From Eledone cirrhosa (taxonomy: Eukaryota): a DNA stretch of 64,000 bases. Below the pieces are notes generated by a model. The model made no database searches. It was not told the origin of the DNA and saw only the letters and a list, made by a program, of their open reading frames with translations. The translations under genes and the position numbers were made by a program. Where the stretch lies: contig OZ024742.1 in assembly GCA_964016885.1 (NCBI GenBank), forward strand, positions 122,140,001 through 122,204,000. Direction: 5' to 3'. This document shows, piece by piece, positions 61,429-64,000 of the stretch (position 1 is the stretch's first letter; each line of letters opens with the position of its first letter).

Positions 61429-63584
61429 ACTGAAATTGGACTAAACATGAATCACAAAAGTTTCCGAAAATGTATGTGTGACGATATTGTGGGGCATGCC
61501 AGTTTTTCTGATCAGTAAAAATAACATAAATCACGCAGACATTATTGTCAAATATCTTCATGCAACAATAGGTTTGCTGGCAGATAAATCAATCTCAACA
61601 AATAACAAATGTATCTCAAATCTCAAATAAAGATCATTCAAATACAAAGATCCGGACATTGCGAAACTACGGAATTGTGAAACTACGGAAGCAAGATGAG
61701 CTAGGAATAACAAAAAAGAAAAGTATACAAAGGTAGTATTAACTGCAGTGAGTATATTACAAAAATAAATGTAAAAAATAACAACTGTAAATAAATATGC
61801 TCTATGGAAAAGTATCATTAGTCAGTTACTAACAATATATTTTGGTATGCACGTGAAAAAACGGGATATAATTCGGTTTCAGTTCTTCCTGCTAGATACC
61901 TAAAGAGAAAGTTAGCTGGATTTATTATTCATTTCGCCGTATCTCAAGTGAACGTTTTCACGCGTTATTGTTATGTCTTTCAATATTTTAAAAGTAATAT
62001 TTGCTCGTGAGAGAGTTAGTTACATATATTGATAGAGAGGGAAGAGAGTTAGTTACATATATTGAGAGAGGGTGTAGAAAAAAGTTATGTATATAATGAG
62101 AGAAAGAGTGTTACTATGAACAAATATTTCTTGGACATATAATATTCAATATTGCATATAACACATTGTTTTATCTATATCCTAAGAAAGTCTCACTGAA
62201 TAGATAATATTCCTCCGTTGTTTCATAATTATCCAAAACCGGCGCTGGAAAGAATAATTAATTGACAAATATCTTAAATTACTATGATACACAGCATCAA
62301 AATAAATATAAGCTAGTTAGGATTATGCAAATTAATGGATATTTTCTTTGTATGCTTATCTGTGTGACATCCAAACATGCAATATCAGAAACATGAAATT
62401 TACAAAAGGCGATATGTTTACAAAATGTTTTATTAAATCGAAATACATTGCTGATTATGTTTGATTAGAGTACTCAAGAAAAAATAATCTCAAGGCAAAT
62501 CTTAGTTCTCAAAGAAAATTCAATTTTGCCTCAATCATGACAAACATTTTAATGATTACGTAGATGGGGTCATAAGCAGCAAGCTTCACATTTTGCGATT
62601 GAACATAACAATATTCAAATTGGCAATTTCGTAAACCAAGTCTTCTCAACGTATTTATAACAATGTTTTTTCAAAACAACATCTAAACATTGCCAAATAT
62701 TACTAAAGGTTCATCATTAGCGTTGACAAAGCATTCACATGGGATATTGGGACATATTTTGACAAGTCAGGCTTCTACCTGCGACTGGTAACATGTAAAT
62801 CAGCACAACGTATTTCAAAGTCGAGTGGACGGTGACTAACAGACCAGGGTCTGATGAGAAGTGAAAGTGAAACCCCTGTAGCACACAAATTAAGAGCTGT
62901 TTAAAGGGCGGATGAACTCGCCAGTGTCAATCGCTATCTACACCAACTATGTGCTAAACCCGCAATTGCCTAATCCTGGTAAGTACCGCTACATCTCAGA
63001 ATGTTAATTTGTAAAACTAGGAAGGGAACCTCTAGGTGTATATATTATATTACGGCAATTAATGTTGAAGGATTATCATAAAATAAGAGTGAGACGGCGC
63101 ATACATTTTATTTTTCCAATACAAAAGACATCTTTAGTAACGCGGCCATTATAAGACTAAAAAGTAATTATTAAAACTATTTTCAACAGAATCCCGTAAT
63201 CACAACATTGTTCGTGGAGGGTAATCCATTAATTGACATGGGACTAGGCAGGATTAGAATGCAGAATTAAAAAAGAATGTAACTAGATGCTGCAGACCAT
63301 TCAGTTCAACCTACTACCGATTAAGTTATTTATCTGCAGGCTTTGAGTGTTACTATCATTACCACAATGTCACACACCGAACACATACTTGATACTTAAT
63401 GTGATTGCCTATTACCGTCACTGTTGGTGGACTTGTAGGGCTGCTGTATGCCATACGTCGTTTCCTGGGCATTTTACAACTTGGCAGGGCCCATTTCCTC
63501 TCCTGGTTTGAATACAGCAGATTTCATGTAAAGAAGGATACAAAGTGAGAGAACAGAATTGACAAAGAAATATAGAGGAAGAAT

Positions 63585-63740
63585 CAACCCCAGTACTAGA
63601 CTAGTACTTTTTCTTATCAACCTCGAATGGATGAAAGGCAAAGTTGACCTCGGTGGAAAATGAAATCAGAGACCAGCGAGCCGAAACAGTACCTCAAACC
63701 AATGTTTCCGACGTTCTAATAACTCTGGTAATTCACCGTC
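63585..63740 (-). mobile_element. Old MetaSINE-like copy
   Basis: ggatgaaaggcaaagttgacctcgg on the + strand is the reverse complement of the SINE core. Confidence 0.65.
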
Positions 63741-64000
63741 TTGATACCTATAGTATCGACCTCAAAACATAATCACGTCAACCTAAATAATGTCCTTTGC
63801 TACAATTCTGCAATGGAATAGTGTGCATGGTATGGAAATGAAAAAGAAACGATGCCTTTGAAATCGGTATGATTATCATTGTTCTTACGAAACATAATCT
63901 CATATATAGCCTTCCATCATACGCATTAATTAACCAATATTACATCGCACAAGATCAACTTATGAACAGATCTAGTTTACATTTTCACCCATATATTCGT

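Noticed and set aside
60813-61448. 211-aa Thr/Ala-rich ORF
   Set aside because: Mostly microsatellite-derived; at best a decayed ORF1-like piece

Overview
AT-rich, microsatellite-dense eukaryotic intergenic or intronic DNA. The repeat types suggest an invertebrate, possibly a cephalopod (inference). No host gene is recognisable, and the window is a retroelement ecosystem split between two microsatellite niches. (1) In (TAA/ATT)n tracts: two tandem R4/Dong-clade RLE non-LTR elements with intact 1130-aa ORFs, a minus-strand Dong fragment, two tandem Tx1/L1-group LINEs (one decayed, one intact) and a tRNA-derived MetaSINE-like family whose 3' end matches the Tx1 3' end. (2) In (TA)n tracts: a Penelope-like element (PLE; RT + C-terminal GIY-YIG) with inverted pLTRs, further PLE fragments, about ten hammerhead ribozyme (HHR) motifs from several families, and a ~425-nt tandem non-coding repeat carrying one minimal HHR per unit (retrozyme-like). 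At one locus this repeat is fused to a PLE 3' end about 9 nt from the predicted cleavage site. Also present are a Chapaev3-like DNA transposon remnant, a Helitron-like non-autonomous element, decayed RTE/L2/CR1 pieces and many fold-back palindromes. All structures were read by eye and none was computed.
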